Counted from the stretch's first letter, positions 1-9,001 are shown. The stretch: DNA of 64,000 bases from Pyrinomonadaceae bacterium (GCA_046313635.1 JBKBYA010000009.1:69911-133910), one strand, 5' to 3'. Notes: generated from the letters alone by a model not told the origin. Numbers and translations are program-made.

Positions 1-1
1 G

Positions 2-436
2 GAGATCGCCGAGCAGCTCAAGACCGAAGCGATCTGCTACGGCATCGGCCAGGTCGCGGCCGACGAGATCGACCGGATCAACATCCTCGAGGCGACCAAA
101 AAAGCGATGAAGGCGGCGATCGCCGACCTGGAGCCAAAGGCTAACTTTCTCCTCATCGACGCCGTCCAGCTCCGCGACGTCGCGACGCCGCAGCGATCGA
201 TCATCAAGGGCGATTCGATCTCGGCCTCTATCGCCGCCGCATCCATTCTCGCCAAGACCTACCGCGACCGGCTGATGGCCGACTACGATGCCGAATTCCC
301 CGGTTATGGCTTCGCCTCTCACGCCGGCTACGGCACCGCTGCTCATCTCGAAGCCCTCAAAAAACACGGCCCTTGCCGCCTCCACCGCCTTTCTTTCCGC
401 GGCGTCCTCCCATCGACTTCCGATCCGGCCGAGTAG
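2..436 (+). CDS. rnhB: Ribonuclease HII, 5' end outside window
   Basis: Frame open from position 2: EIDRINILEAT..AM, LLIDA, IIKGDSISASIAAASILAK..RD, YGFASHAGYGT..H, HRLSF. Confidence 0.95.
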   Translation, partial: EIAEQLKTEAICYGIGQVAADEIDRINILEATKKAMKAAIADLEPKANFLLIDAVQLRDVATPQRSIIKGDSISASIAAASILAKTYRDRLMADYDAEFPGYGFASHAGYGTAAHLEALKKHGPCRLHRLSFRGVLPSTSDPAE

Positions 437-579
437 GATCCCGAGCGACAAAGCTCGATCACGCCGCCAACAGGATTTACGCCTCTAAACAACGCGGATC
501 CTCACAGGTCGATCTGATCGGAGCGGGAAAGGGGCCCCTAGCGCGCCCGGCGGCCGCAAGTTGCGATTCCTCTCTCCGC

Positions 580-609
580 TTGACACGCTTAAACGGTCCG
601 CGGTAGTTT
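580..609 (+). promoter_or_regulatory. Putative sigma70 promoter upstream of truncated Rhs
   Basis: TTGACA (580-585), 18 nt spacer, TAGTTT (604-609). Confidence 0.4.
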
Positions 610-794
610 TGCCAATGTCGAAATTCAGATACGAATTGACGCAATTATCGATATTCACGGGTTTATCTCCCACGGAACCAGGATGTTCGGCCTAACGCCC
701 CGACTGACTTTCCACTTCCGTCCAAACGATAAACCAAACACTATTCATTGGGTGTAAGCGCGATCGGCTGCAGAAGTATCTTTACGATTACGGC

Positions 795-2399
795 GTGGTG
801 AACGCGGACACGGGCGGCGTGGACCAATCGAAGAACAACGGCCAGCTCGGCCAGATCAGAAGCTGGATCGGGACGACGCAGCAGTGGTCGCAGCGGTTCA
901 GTTACGATTCGATCGGCCGCTTGTCTGAATCGAGAGAATACAAAGGCTCCGACAGCGCGCACCTGACTTACAAGCAGCGATTCGACTTTGACCGCTTCGG
1001 GAATCTTTACCGCAAGGCAGACAACAACCAGACAACAGGTCAAGAGAATCCGCTGCCTTACACTGCGATAGAAGACGCGGACATCAGCAAACAGACAAAC
1101 CGGTTCACTGCTCAAACGACCTACGACGACGCGGGGAATGTGATCCAGGACTCAAAGTTCCGCGGTGTGAATCTCAGCTACGACGCTAATGGTCGAGTCT
1201 CTCGCTCGACCAGTGCCGACAACACGCGGCAGGCCGACTCGGTCTACGACGCTTCGGGGCAGCGAGTCGCGACCGAGGTCGATGGCGTGTGGACCTTCTT
1301 TGTCTACAACGCTAGAGGTCAATGTATCGCTGAGTACGGCGGCGTGCAGTCGAGCGACGAAGGCGGCGTGAAGTACGTACTCAAAGACTGGCAGGGCTCG
1401 ACCAGAGCACAGGTGAGCGGGTCAGGTTATGTGCAGGCGAGGGCCGACTACACCGCTTTCGGCGAAGAGATCAATTCGGGCACCGGCCTTCGGACTTCGC
1501 AACTCGGGTACTTTGCAACTTCCGTAAACTCCCCGAGCTACGCGATGACCGAACGCGACAAGGCCACCGGCCTCGACCACACGTGGTTCAGAAAATTAGA
1601 GAACAACGCCGGCCGGTGGACCAGCCCCGATCCTTACAACGGCAGCGCATCGATCGGCGATCCGCAAAGGTTTAACCGATACGCCTACGTCCAGAATCAA
1701 CCGACCAACTTCGTCGACCCGAGCGGGCTCAACTCTTCGCCGAATTTGACATACGTTTTCTGTGAACCGGATCGCTGGGACCCAGAGACAGGGACGCTTT
1801 ACGCGGGCAAATGCTACCAATACGTCAGCGGCGGCGGGATGCCGGTAATCGGCACAACCGTCGGCGGTTGGTACCCCGGAGATATCGGAATGCCCGGCCC
1901 CGGCAGCAGCGCAAGCCCGGTCGGGAACGATTGCCAACGATTTACGGATCGGGTCAAAGAGATAGCTGCGAAACACAGGGACGTTCGTAGCTTTGCCGAC
2001 GAACTTGCAAGCGTATTCACAGGTGTTGGAACAAGTGACGTAGTTGATCTCGCGAGGACCGCGAATACCCCCGGACGGTCAATAGAGATTTTCACTTCAA
2101 CTGGCTGGAAGCCAAATCTCTATACTCAAGTATCTGATAATCAGGCCAGGCACTTCGTCGGCGGACTTCTTGCAGGCTTCAATCTCGGAGCGGAAGCTGG
2201 AAATCTGGTCATGAGTCACAATGAGGACGATCAAGCTGACTTACGGGTTAACGCGATTAGCATTTCGATGGGAGCGACGATGGCCAGCAACGATTCCGAC
2301 CCAATCTATAACGGAAAGACCGGCATGGTAACTACTCCTGCTAGATTTACGTTTAAGGGTTTAGCAGAAAAGATCCGGTCGGCTATTTGTCAGAATTAG
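795..2399 (+). CDS. Rhs repeat-associated core protein with C-terminal toxin domain; N-terminally truncated
   Basis: YD repeats (FSYDSIGRL, YDDAGNV, YDANGRV, YDASGQRV), core GRWTSPDP..NRYAYV.NQPTNFVDPSGL, then divergent C-terminus; Rhs-like residues (LQKYLYDYG) continue upstream of the GTG to ~768. Confidence 0.9.
   Translation: MVNADTGGVDQSKNNGQLGQIRSWIGTTQQWSQRFSYDSIGRLSESREYKGSDSAHLTYKQRFDFDRFGNLYRKADNNQTTGQENPLPYTAIEDADISKQTNRFTAQTTYDDAGNVIQDSKFRGVNLSYDANGRVSRSTSADNTRQADSVYDASGQRVATEVDGVWTFFVYNARGQCIAEYGGVQSSDEGGVKYVLKDWQGSTRAQVSGSGYVQARADYTAFGEEINSGTGLRTSQLGYFATSVNSPSYAMTERDKATGLDHTWFRKLENNAGRWTSPDPYNGSASIGDPQRFNRYAYVQNQPTNFVDPSGLNSSPNLTYVFCEPDRWDPETGTLYAGKCYQYVSGGGMPVIGTTVGGWYPGDIGMPGPGSSASPVGNDCQRFTDRVKEIAAKHRDVRSFADELASVFTGVGTSDVVDLARTANTPGRSIEIFTSTGWKPNLYTQVSDNQARHFVGGLLAGFNLGAEAGNLVMSHNEDDQADLRVNAISISMGATMASNDSDPIYNGKTGMVTTPARFTFKGLAEKIRSAICQN
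1442..1727 (+). repeat. Rhs core direct repeat, copy 1
   Basis: Aligns without gaps to 3143-3428 (offset 1701); long identical runs such as agccccgatccttacaacggcagcgcatcgatcggcgatccgcaaaggtttaaccgatacgcctacgtc. Confidence 0.95.
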
Positions 2400-2454
2400 G
2401 TAGTAAGAACATCGTATCCGCGGTACTGATGGCAGTGTGCGTGGAAATCGAGTT

Positions 2455-2994
2455 ATGAAAATAAGTGTTAAGGTTGCGAGCCTACTAATTGTCGTTTGTA
2501 TTGCGTCCCTGGTTCCATCTGCCTGCGTTTCATTATCCCCCAAGCAAGGCTCAGAAATCCTTGAGCAATGGGAAAGTGACAACGGATTTTTCCGAATCGT
2601 TGTAACTTCATACGCCGAAGTAAATAGTTTTGTCCCTGGGGCATATTACGAGTTTGTGTCTATCGGTCCGACAGGGGAGAGAGTGCGAATAATGAATTTT
2701 CGGCACGACGATCCCGTTCCAATAAATAAGAATGCTGTGCGATTTGTCACTAATGACGTGGCATACGTCTATGTAGGCTGGAAGTACGCCGTGACGACCG
2801 ACGGCGGTGAGCATTGGGCAGTTTGGGATGCGGAGCAGAACTGGCCTGGTTGGCAATGTTGTAAGTATTCATTCATAAGGCACGTCGAACTCGCTGCTGA
2901 CGGGTCCGGAAAAATGCAGGTCGACGACTCGCAGAACGAGACTTCCCTAGTTGAGTTGACCACTTCAAATTACGGAGAATCGTGGTCGTATTGA
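2455..2994 (+). CDS. Putative immunity protein (signal peptide or lipoprotein, Asp-box-like motifs)
   Basis: Directly after Rhs CT, AT-richer sequence; MKISVKVASLLIVVCIASLVPSAC leader; TTDGGEHW and TSNYGESW motifs. Confidence 0.65.
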   Translation: MKISVKVASLLIVVCIASLVPSACVSLSPKQGSEILEQWESDNGFFRIVVTSYAEVNSFVPGAYYEFVSIGPTGERVRIMNFRHDDPVPINKNAVRFVTNDVAYVYVGWKYAVTTDGGEHWAVWDAEQNWPGWQCCKYSFIRHVELAADGSGKMQVDDSQNETSLVELTTSNYGESWSY

Positions 2995-3142
2995 CATAGT
3001 TTATTGAGCTTTAATTTTTCACAACAAGCAGAGCCTTGAAACGTTCAAGTAGATATAGACAAAAAAGTCTGTTTCTTCTCCTTTCGTTTATATCTAGCAG
3101 CCGTTGCGGTGGGAATGTTCGCAAGGGGCTTTGGCCTTTTCC

Positions 3143-3428
3143 GGCCGATCACACCGAATTCGGCGAAGAGATCCAATCAGCCACCGGCCTTCGGACTCCG
3201 CACCTCGGGTACTCCGCAACTTCCGCAAACTCCCCGAACTACGCGATGACCGAGGACGACAAGGCGACCGGGCTCGACCACACATGGTTTAGAAAATTAG
3301 AGAACAACGCGGGCCGGTGGACGAGCCCCGATCCTTACAACGGCAGCGCATCGATCGGCGATCCGCAAAGGTTTAACCGATACGCCTACGTCAACGGCGA
3401 CCCGGTAAACTTCGTCGACCCGAGCGGT
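3143..3428 (+). repeat. Rhs core direct repeat, copy 2
   Basis: Diverged copy of 1442-1727; similarity ends at DPSG. Confidence 0.95.
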
Positions 3429-3668
3429 TTGAATAGAGCCTACTGCGAGTGGCGATGGGTCATCCCGGTGACCTGCACCGACAGCGAATGCGGGTACGAT
3501 TGGTCTCGTGCCGGGTGGGCTTATGTTTGTACTGAATCACGTGGCGGCGCGAGTGACAACGGTCGGCTTGTGAGTTTTCCCTTCTGTACCTTTACCATGG
3601 TTTCCGCGCGTAAACATAGTTGTAATTGGATTGCTTTTAATCATAGGGGCGGTGCAGAACCTTATTGA
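3143..3668 (+). pseudogene. Orphan Rhs core-CT cassette
   Basis: Rhs homology starts abruptly at ADHTEFGEE within ORF 3036-3668 with no YD repeats; DPVNFVDPSGL then a different short Cys/Trp-rich CT. Confidence 0.8.
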
Positions 3669-3828
3669 AGAATTTTCAACCCGATGAGTCCGCGGCCAGG
3701 AACCCTCGGAGCCGAAATCGGGGACGGTGCTGCAATTGTTGCAATTCTTTCATTGACCATGGATTCGGATTCAAGCTCAGCGTCGACGAGTTTCTCGAGC
3801 ACGGCTGATTACCGGTTAGCTCTTCGAA

Positions 3829-4665
3829 TCAAAACGCGATCCAGTCGGTCGGCTCTTGGTGATACGAGACGTGAATATTCGTCTCCGCTTTGAAGAGCGG
3901 CGAGCGCATTTGGAGTGCGGTCTCGGCGGTGAGGCGGGCGAGGTGCGGTTCGTTGGAGCGTTGCGAGAGATGGGCGAGGACGATGTGGCGGGCGGAGCCG
4001 TCAAAGTCGGCGGTCAGCCAATCGGCGAGTGACTCGTTCGAGAGGTGGCCGTAGTCCGAGGCGATGCGGCGTTTGAGGTCCCAGGTGTAGACCGGGCAGG
4101 TGCGGAGCATGTCGCGGCTGTGATTCGATTCGATAACGATCGCGTCGCAGCCTTTTAGTTTCTCTTTGATGGTCGGCGTGATGCAGCCAAAGTCCATCAG
4201 CGTCGCGACGCGGCAGCCGTCCTTGCGCGCGACAAAGCCGAAATTGTCGACCGCATCGTGCGGCACGCTGAAAGGCTCAAAGTCGATATCGCCTATGCGA
4301 AATTCGCGCGTCGAGTCGATCTCGATCGTGCGGTCTTTAAGGACGTCGCGGCGTTTGACGGCCTCGCTGCTGCCGTTGCTTTGCACGCCTTTTTTGGTCT
4401 CGTAGTACGCGTCCTCGGTATTTTTCGAGACGTAGACAGGACACTTCAGCGAGCGAAGCAGAACGCGAAGTCCGCCGGCGTGGTCCGAATGCTCGTGCGT
4501 GAGCACGACGGCATCGAGCCGCTCGTGATCGACGCCGACCGCGGCGAGGCGGCGAAGAATCTCTCGCGCGCTCAGGCCCGCGTCGACGAGGACGCAGGTC
4601 GATTCGGTCGAGATGAGGACGGCGTTGCCGGACGAGCCGCTGCCGAGGACTGTGAATCTGATCAT
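3829..4665 (-). CDS. MBL-fold metallo-hydrolase (YycJ/WalJ/PhnP-like)
   Basis: LGSGSSGNA, THEHSDH, VPHDA, IESNH, GHLSN, LAHLS; ATG at 4665 overlaps SDR stop (ATGA). Confidence 0.9.
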   Translation of the reverse strand: MIRFTVLGSGSSGNAVLISTESTCVLVDAGLSAREILRRLAAVGVDHERLDAVVLTHEHSDHAGGLRVLLRSLKCPVYVSKNTEDAYYETKKGVQSNGSSEAVKRRDVLKDRTIEIDSTREFRIGDIDFEPFSVPHDAVDNFGFVARKDGCRVATLMDFGCITPTIKEKLKGCDAIVIESNHSRDMLRTCPVYTWDLKRRIASDYGHLSNESLADWLTADFDGSARHIVLAHLSQRSNEPHLARLTAETALQMRSPLFKAETNIHVSYHQEPTDWIAF

Positions 4666-5447
4666 CGCTCCTGCTGGTACTTTTTCCTGAGCTGCGACGC
4701 GACGACCCGCGTGACGAGCCGTGTCGGCACGTAGCGGCCGAGCACGGCGCCGATGTAATTCGTAAGCCCCGAGATCGCGAGCGGCCTGCGTGCGGCGACG
4801 GCCCGCATCGCGACATCGACAACCTCTTCGGCGGTCTGCATTCCTTTCAATTGGATCGGGTCGGTGATCTTGGCCGCGCGGAAAAAGTTGGTTTTCGTCG
4901 GCCCAGGGCAAAGTGCGGTTACGAGTATACCAAAGGGCCGGTTCTCCTCGGCAACGGCCTGCGAGAACGAGGTGACAAAGGCCTTTGTCGCCGCGTAAGT
5001 CGCCATAAAAGGTATCGGCTGAAAGCTCGCCGTCGACGCGACGTTTACGATCGTCCCGCTTCGCCGCTCGCGCATCGGGCCGAGAAAGCGGTGCGTCAGA
5101 GTGACGAGCGCCGAGATGTTGAGATCGATCATTCGCAGCTCGGTCTCCAGATCGAGCTCGACAAAGTCGCCCATCGAGCCGTAGCCCGCGTTGTTGACGA
5201 GCCAGTCGACCTCGAGGTTGTGCTTCTCGGTCTCGCCCACCAGCCGGTCGATCGCGCCCGGCTCGGTCAGGTCGAGCGGCATGTAGTGCGCGGTGATCTT
5301 GTGCTTGAGCATCAGCTCGTCGCAGAGCTCGTGAAGCTGCTTTTCGCTGCGGGCGACGAGCAGCAGATCGCGGCCGTCGGCCGCAAGGCGCCGGGCGAAG
5401 GCCTCGCCGATGCCGCCCGAAGCGCCTGTGATGAGTGCGACCTTCAT
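4662..5447 (-). CDS. SDR family oxidoreductase
   Basis: TGASGGIG, LVNNAGYG, NVAS, YAATK; start at 5447. Confidence 0.95.
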   Translation of the reverse strand: MKVALITGASGGIGEAFARRLAADGRDLLLVARSEKQLHELCDELMLKHKITAHYMPLDLTEPGAIDRLVGETEKHNLEVDWLVNNAGYGSMGDFVELDLETELRMIDLNISALVTLTHRFLGPMRERRSGTIVNVASTASFQPIPFMATYAATKAFVTSFSQAVAEENRPFGILVTALCPGPTKTNFFRAAKITDPIQLKGMQTAEEVVDVAMRAVAARRPLAISGLTNYIGAVLGRYVPTRLVTRVVASQLRKKYQQER

Positions 5448-5968
5448 ATTTCGATCTCGGAGCTTGTCGGATAGAGCGAATGATAAACGGCGAGCGCCGC
5501 CGCGGCGAGGATGGTGAGCGTTCCCGCGAGCCGGATCAAACCCGCGACCGCGCCGGCCGAGCCGATCAGTCCCGTCTCGGTCAGCATGTAATTCCAATCG
5601 TGAAAGCCGCCCTCGCTGCCCGTCAGGCCGCTCGTCAATACGAGCTGCATCTTCACGGCGTCGGCCGCGTAAACCCAGACATTCAGCAAACTCTGCCCGA
5701 CCCAAAACAAAACTATCGCCGCCGAATATGCGCTCCGCTGCCAGAACGCAAAATATCCGACAAACACCCCCGGCACGATCACCTGAAACAGCGTCCCGCC
5801 AGCGATGCCCATAAATTCGCCCAGCGGCCTGAAGACCAGATGTCCCGTCTCGTGCACCGGCAGATCGACCAGATCGAGAAAACTGCCCTGCATCGGGTCG
5901 TACGCGATCCAGAGAAAGTAGACCGCGGCCAGAAGGGCGAAAATGAGTTTTGGATAGTTTGGCTGCAC
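5444..5968 (-). CDS. Membrane protein with HExxH motif (peptidase M50B-like)
   Basis: Several hydrophobic helices, VHETGH, HDWNY. Confidence 0.6.
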   Translation of the reverse strand: MQPNYPKLIFALLAAVYFLWIAYDPMQGSFLDLVDLPVHETGHLVFRPLGEFMGIAGGTLFQVIVPGVFVGYFAFWQRSAYSAAIVLFWVGQSLLNVWVYAADAVKMQLVLTSGLTGSEGGFHDWNYMLTETGLIGSAGAVAGLIRLAGTLTILAAAALAVYHSLYPTSSEIEI

Positions 5969-5981
5969 TCTGATGGGCAGT

Positions 5982-6842
5982 TTAGAGAAGCTTCTTTTTT
6001 GCGATAAAGCCGGCGACCGTGTCGTTGAATTCCTTAGGCCGGTCCATCATCAGAAAGTGGCTGACGCCCGTCCACATTTGAAACTCGAGGTCGGGAGCGA
6101 TCGAGCGGAAGAACTGCTCTTCGTCCGGCTTCCACGCGGGCGACTGGGCCATCACGGCGAGGACCGGAACTTTGATCTGCTCGGTTTCCCAGATCTTCAT
6201 CTCGCCCATTCCGTCGTCCATCGCGCTGATCGCGACGTAGCCGGGCGTGGCGAGCATTGCCGAGCGGATCCAGGCTTTTCTTTTTTCGTCTTTGACCGGC
6301 GTCAGCATACCGTCGATCATCACGTGCGCGTTGCGGTCGTAGTCGGCGCGGATCGGGGCGAAGAATTTTTCAAAGACGTCGCTGTTCAGATACGGCCTGA
6401 GAGCTCCGTCGACGATGACGATGCCGCGTGTGCGGGCGGGAAACAGCCGGTAGAATTGCCGCACTACGGGCGTGCCCATGCTGTGACCGGCGAGCACGGC
6501 GCGGCGGACCTTTGCCTTTTGCATCACGGCTTCGACCGCGCGGGCAAAATACTCCATCGTGTACTTTGTTCGCGGCTTGTCGCTCTGGCCGTGACCCGGC
6601 AGGTCGAGAGCGATGACTCGATAACCCGGAAATGCCGCTATCGAGTCTCGCCAAAAATCGGCGTTGCACGTCCAGCCGTGAACGAGTACAAGCGCGTCCT
6701 TTTTCCCGCGGTCGCCGACGTCGTAATAGCGGATCTTGACGTCGCCAAACTTTGCCCATCGTGTTTTCGGCACCTGCTGAGCCGCGGCTGAGAGCACCAA
6801 ACACGCGATCGATAGAACAATGAGAAGGATGCTTTTCATCAT
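5982..6842 (-). CDS. Secreted alpha/beta hydrolase
   Basis: Signal peptide, LVHGW, DLPGHGQS, GHSMG, C-terminal SHF. Confidence 0.92.
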   Translation of the reverse strand: MMKSILLIVLSIACLVLSAAAQQVPKTRWAKFGDVKIRYYDVGDRGKKDALVLVHGWTCNADFWRDSIAAFPGYRVIALDLPGHGQSDKPRTKYTMEYFARAVEAVMQKAKVRRAVLAGHSMGTPVVRQFYRLFPARTRGIVIVDGALRPYLNSDVFEKFFAPIRADYDRNAHVMIDGMLTPVKDEKRKAWIRSAMLATPGYVAISAMDDGMGEMKIWETEQIKVPVLAVMAQSPAWKPDEEQFFRSIAPDLEFQMWTGVSHFLMMDRPKEFNDTVAGFIAKKKLL

Positions 6843-6855
6843 CTTGCCTCCGTCG

Positions 6856-7383
6856 TCAGTCCGTGGGTGTAAAGATCGAAAGGAACCTGTCTCTCGACAC
6901 GGCGTAAAATACGCACATCTCGCCGTAATTCAGATCGGTCTTCTCGTACCGCATCCCGCATTTTTCCATAATGCGGCGCGAGCCTGTGTTGTCTGGATGT
7001 GCGACGGCGACGATGCGCTCGAGGCCCAGCGTCGTAAAGCCGTGCTCGAGCCACGCGCGAGCGCATTCGTAACCGAGCCCGCGGCCCCAGTGGTCTTTGG
7101 CGAGCGCGTAGCCGACCTCGATCTCGCCTGTGTCGCCGAGCGGCTGCAGGCCGCCGGTGCCGATCGGCTCGCCGGTCTCTTTCGAGATGATCGCGTACAT
7201 TCCAAAGCCGAACTTCGCATAGCAGTCGAGATAGAATTCGAGCCGCTGCGTCACGGCGTCGGGATTTTGGCGTTCGATGCCGCCGAGGTATCTGTAAACC
7301 TCGGGATCCGAGCGGTTCTCGATCAGCCAGGGCAGGTCGTCGCGCTTCAATTCGCGCATCAATAGTCTTTCGGTTTCGAGCAT
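6856..7383 (-). CDS. GNAT N-acetyltransferase (RimJ/RimL type)
   Basis: LETERLLMR, EVGY, WGRGLGYE, NTGSRRIMEKCGM. Confidence 0.92.
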   Translation of the reverse strand: MLETERLLMRELKRDDLPWLIENRSDPEVYRYLGGIERQNPDAVTQRLEFYLDCYAKFGFGMYAIISKETGEPIGTGGLQPLGDTGEIEVGYALAKDHWGRGLGYECARAWLEHGFTTLGLERIVAVAHPDNTGSRRIMEKCGMRYEKTDLNYGEMCVFYAVSRDRFLSIFTPTD

Positions 7384-7505
7384 CGGGCGGTGCGCCGGCC
7401 GGCGATCAAAGTTGTCTTAAACGCGGCCCCGGCGGTATCTTAATTTACAAAAGCGGATCGTAAATACCGGCCAATTATCGCCTATCTCCGAGGAGGAACA
7501 AAGCT

Positions 7506-8126
7506 ATGCAAAATTCAGCCGAAACCCGCCGCGACTTTCTCAAACGCACTCCGATCCTGTTTGCCGCTCCGCTCGCGCTTGCCTGCCGTGCCGACACGCC
7601 CGCGCAGCAGCGTGACGGAACGCTCCTGGTTAGGATAAAAAAGAATGCGATCCGCGACCCGCGCAGCGAGTGGTGGGGCGCGGCCGACGCGCCGCAGGGC
7701 GTCTCATCGCGCACAGACCTCAGACAGCCCGGCGACGAGCCGCCAAGTCTCGTTGTGAGCGGCACTGTTTACAACGCCGACGGCACGCCTGCTCCCAATA
7801 TCCTGATCTATCTCTATCACACAGACGTTCACGGCATTTACGGCCGCGCCGGCGAGCATCGTCACGGCAAGTACCGCGGATGGCTCTTGACGGACGAAAA
7901 AGGGCGTTATGAATTTACGACGATAATGCCCGCGTCGTACCCAGACTCGACGGTCGCCGCTCACATTCACATGACCGTTACGAGCGAGGAGCGTAGAGAG
8001 GACTGGATCGACTCGATCCTGTTTGACGGCGATCGCTTCTTGACCGAGCGTGAGCGGGCGGTCAGGCGAGGCGGATTTGATCCTGACGGGACGCTTCGCG
8101 GCGTGCGTGATATCAAGCTGATGTAG
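7506..8126 (+). CDS. Intradiol ring-cleavage dioxygenase-like protein with Tat signal
   Basis: TRRDFLK, YHTDVHGIY, RGWLLTDEKGRYEFTTIMPASY, AHIH. Confidence 0.8.
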   Translation: MQNSAETRRDFLKRTPILFAAPLALACRADTPAQQRDGTLLVRIKKNAIRDPRSEWWGAADAPQGVSSRTDLRQPGDEPPSLVVSGTVYNADGTPAPNILIYLYHTDVHGIYGRAGEHRHGKYRGWLLTDEKGRYEFTTIMPASYPDSTVAAHIHMTVTSEERREDWIDSILFDGDRFLTERERAVRRGGFDPDGTLRGVRDIKLM

Positions 8127-8141
8127 AGAGCGGACGTACGT

Positions 8142-8786
8142 TTACGGAGAGAGCCGGCAGATCTCCCAACCGCCGCCTTTCAGCTCGTACATGATGCGGT
8201 CGTGCAGACGGCTCTGGCGGCCCTGCCAAAATTCGAATTTGCTTGGCGTCACATTCCAGCCGCCCCAAAAATCTGGCAGCGGGACCTCCTGATCCCTGAA
8301 CTTCTCCTCGAGCTCCGCGAACCATCTCTCGAGCACCTCACGCGACGCGATGACGCTGCTCTGCCGCGAGGCCCAGGCGCCGATCTGGCTCGCGACCGGC
8401 CGCGTGCGAAAGTAGGCCGCTGACTCCTCGGCCGCGATCTTCGCAGCGGTGCCGGCGATATGGACCTGACGCTCGAGCTCGGGCCAGAAAAAGCTCAGCG
8501 AGCAGTGCGGATTGCCCGCGAGGTCGCGGCTCTTTTTGCTCTCGTAATTCGTAAAAAAGACAAAGCCTCGCTCGCCAAATTCCTTGAGCAGCACGATGCG
8601 TGTGGACGGGCGGCATTCGGCGTCTACCGTCGCCAGCATCATCGCCGTCGGCTCGGTCAGCTGCGAGTCGAGAGCCTCCTGCATCCACACGCCAAACTGC
8701 GCGACCGGGTCGGCATCGACCGAAGATCTTGTCAGCTCCTTGAGTGAATATTCGCGCCGTATCGAGGCCAGTTCTTTACCGAGCAT
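8142..8786 (-). CDS. pdxH: Pyridoxamine 5'-phosphate oxidase
   Basis: RREY, RIVLLK, FFTNYESKK, EFWQGRQSRLHDR, RLSP. Confidence 0.97.
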   Translation of the reverse strand: MLGKELASIRREYSLKELTRSSVDADPVAQFGVWMQEALDSQLTEPTAMMLATVDAECRPSTRIVLLKEFGERGFVFFTNYESKKSRDLAGNPHCSLSFFWPELERQVHIAGTAAKIAAEESAAYFRTRPVASQIGAWASRQSSVIASREVLERWFAELEEKFRDQEVPLPDFWGGWNVTPSKFEFWQGRQSRLHDRIMYELKGGGWEICRLSP

Positions 8787-8864
8787 CGGGAAACTTCCTC
8801 CTTTCGGAAAAGCGAGCGTTAATCTGCGTGCGCTTGTCGGACGCCATTGGTCTCTTACGAGATC

Positions 8865-9001
8865 TTGGAAGCGGATGAAGCGGATGATACGGATGCTCCG
8901 GATAAATCCGGATCAGGGGACGATCCAATGCGACCCGCGTTCACCAAAAATCATATTTCTTATCCGTCCCCATCCGCCCGATCCGTTTCATCCGCTGCCA
9001 A
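8865..9001. repeat. Intergenic inverted repeat of periodic CGGAT units
   Basis: cggat at 8872, 8881, 8890, 8899, 8909; atccg at 8962, 8972, 8981, 8990; termini ttggaagcggat / atccgctgccaa. Confidence 0.85.

Noticed and set aside
437..790. tRNA or riboswitch as the Rhs island integration site
   Set aside because: No cloverleaf or recognisable aptamer consensus, and no integrase or att repeats seen
1442..3428. DGR template/variable repeat pair
   Set aside because: Differences include many C/G and C/T changes rather than being adenine-specific, and no reverse transcriptase is present; an Rhs core duplication explains it
4666..5705. N-terminal extensions of the MBL and SDR ORFs (also lepA, rhomboid, SRPBCC, wzm, PMM, DUF1800)
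   Set aside because: They overlap neighbouring genes or lack homology; internal starts fit family N-termini, with ATGA coupling or an RBS in several cases
8865..9001. CRISPR array (also considered at 19919-20205 and 28624-28735)
   Set aside because: Units are 5-10 bp and inverted, with no repeat-spacer structure and no cas genes
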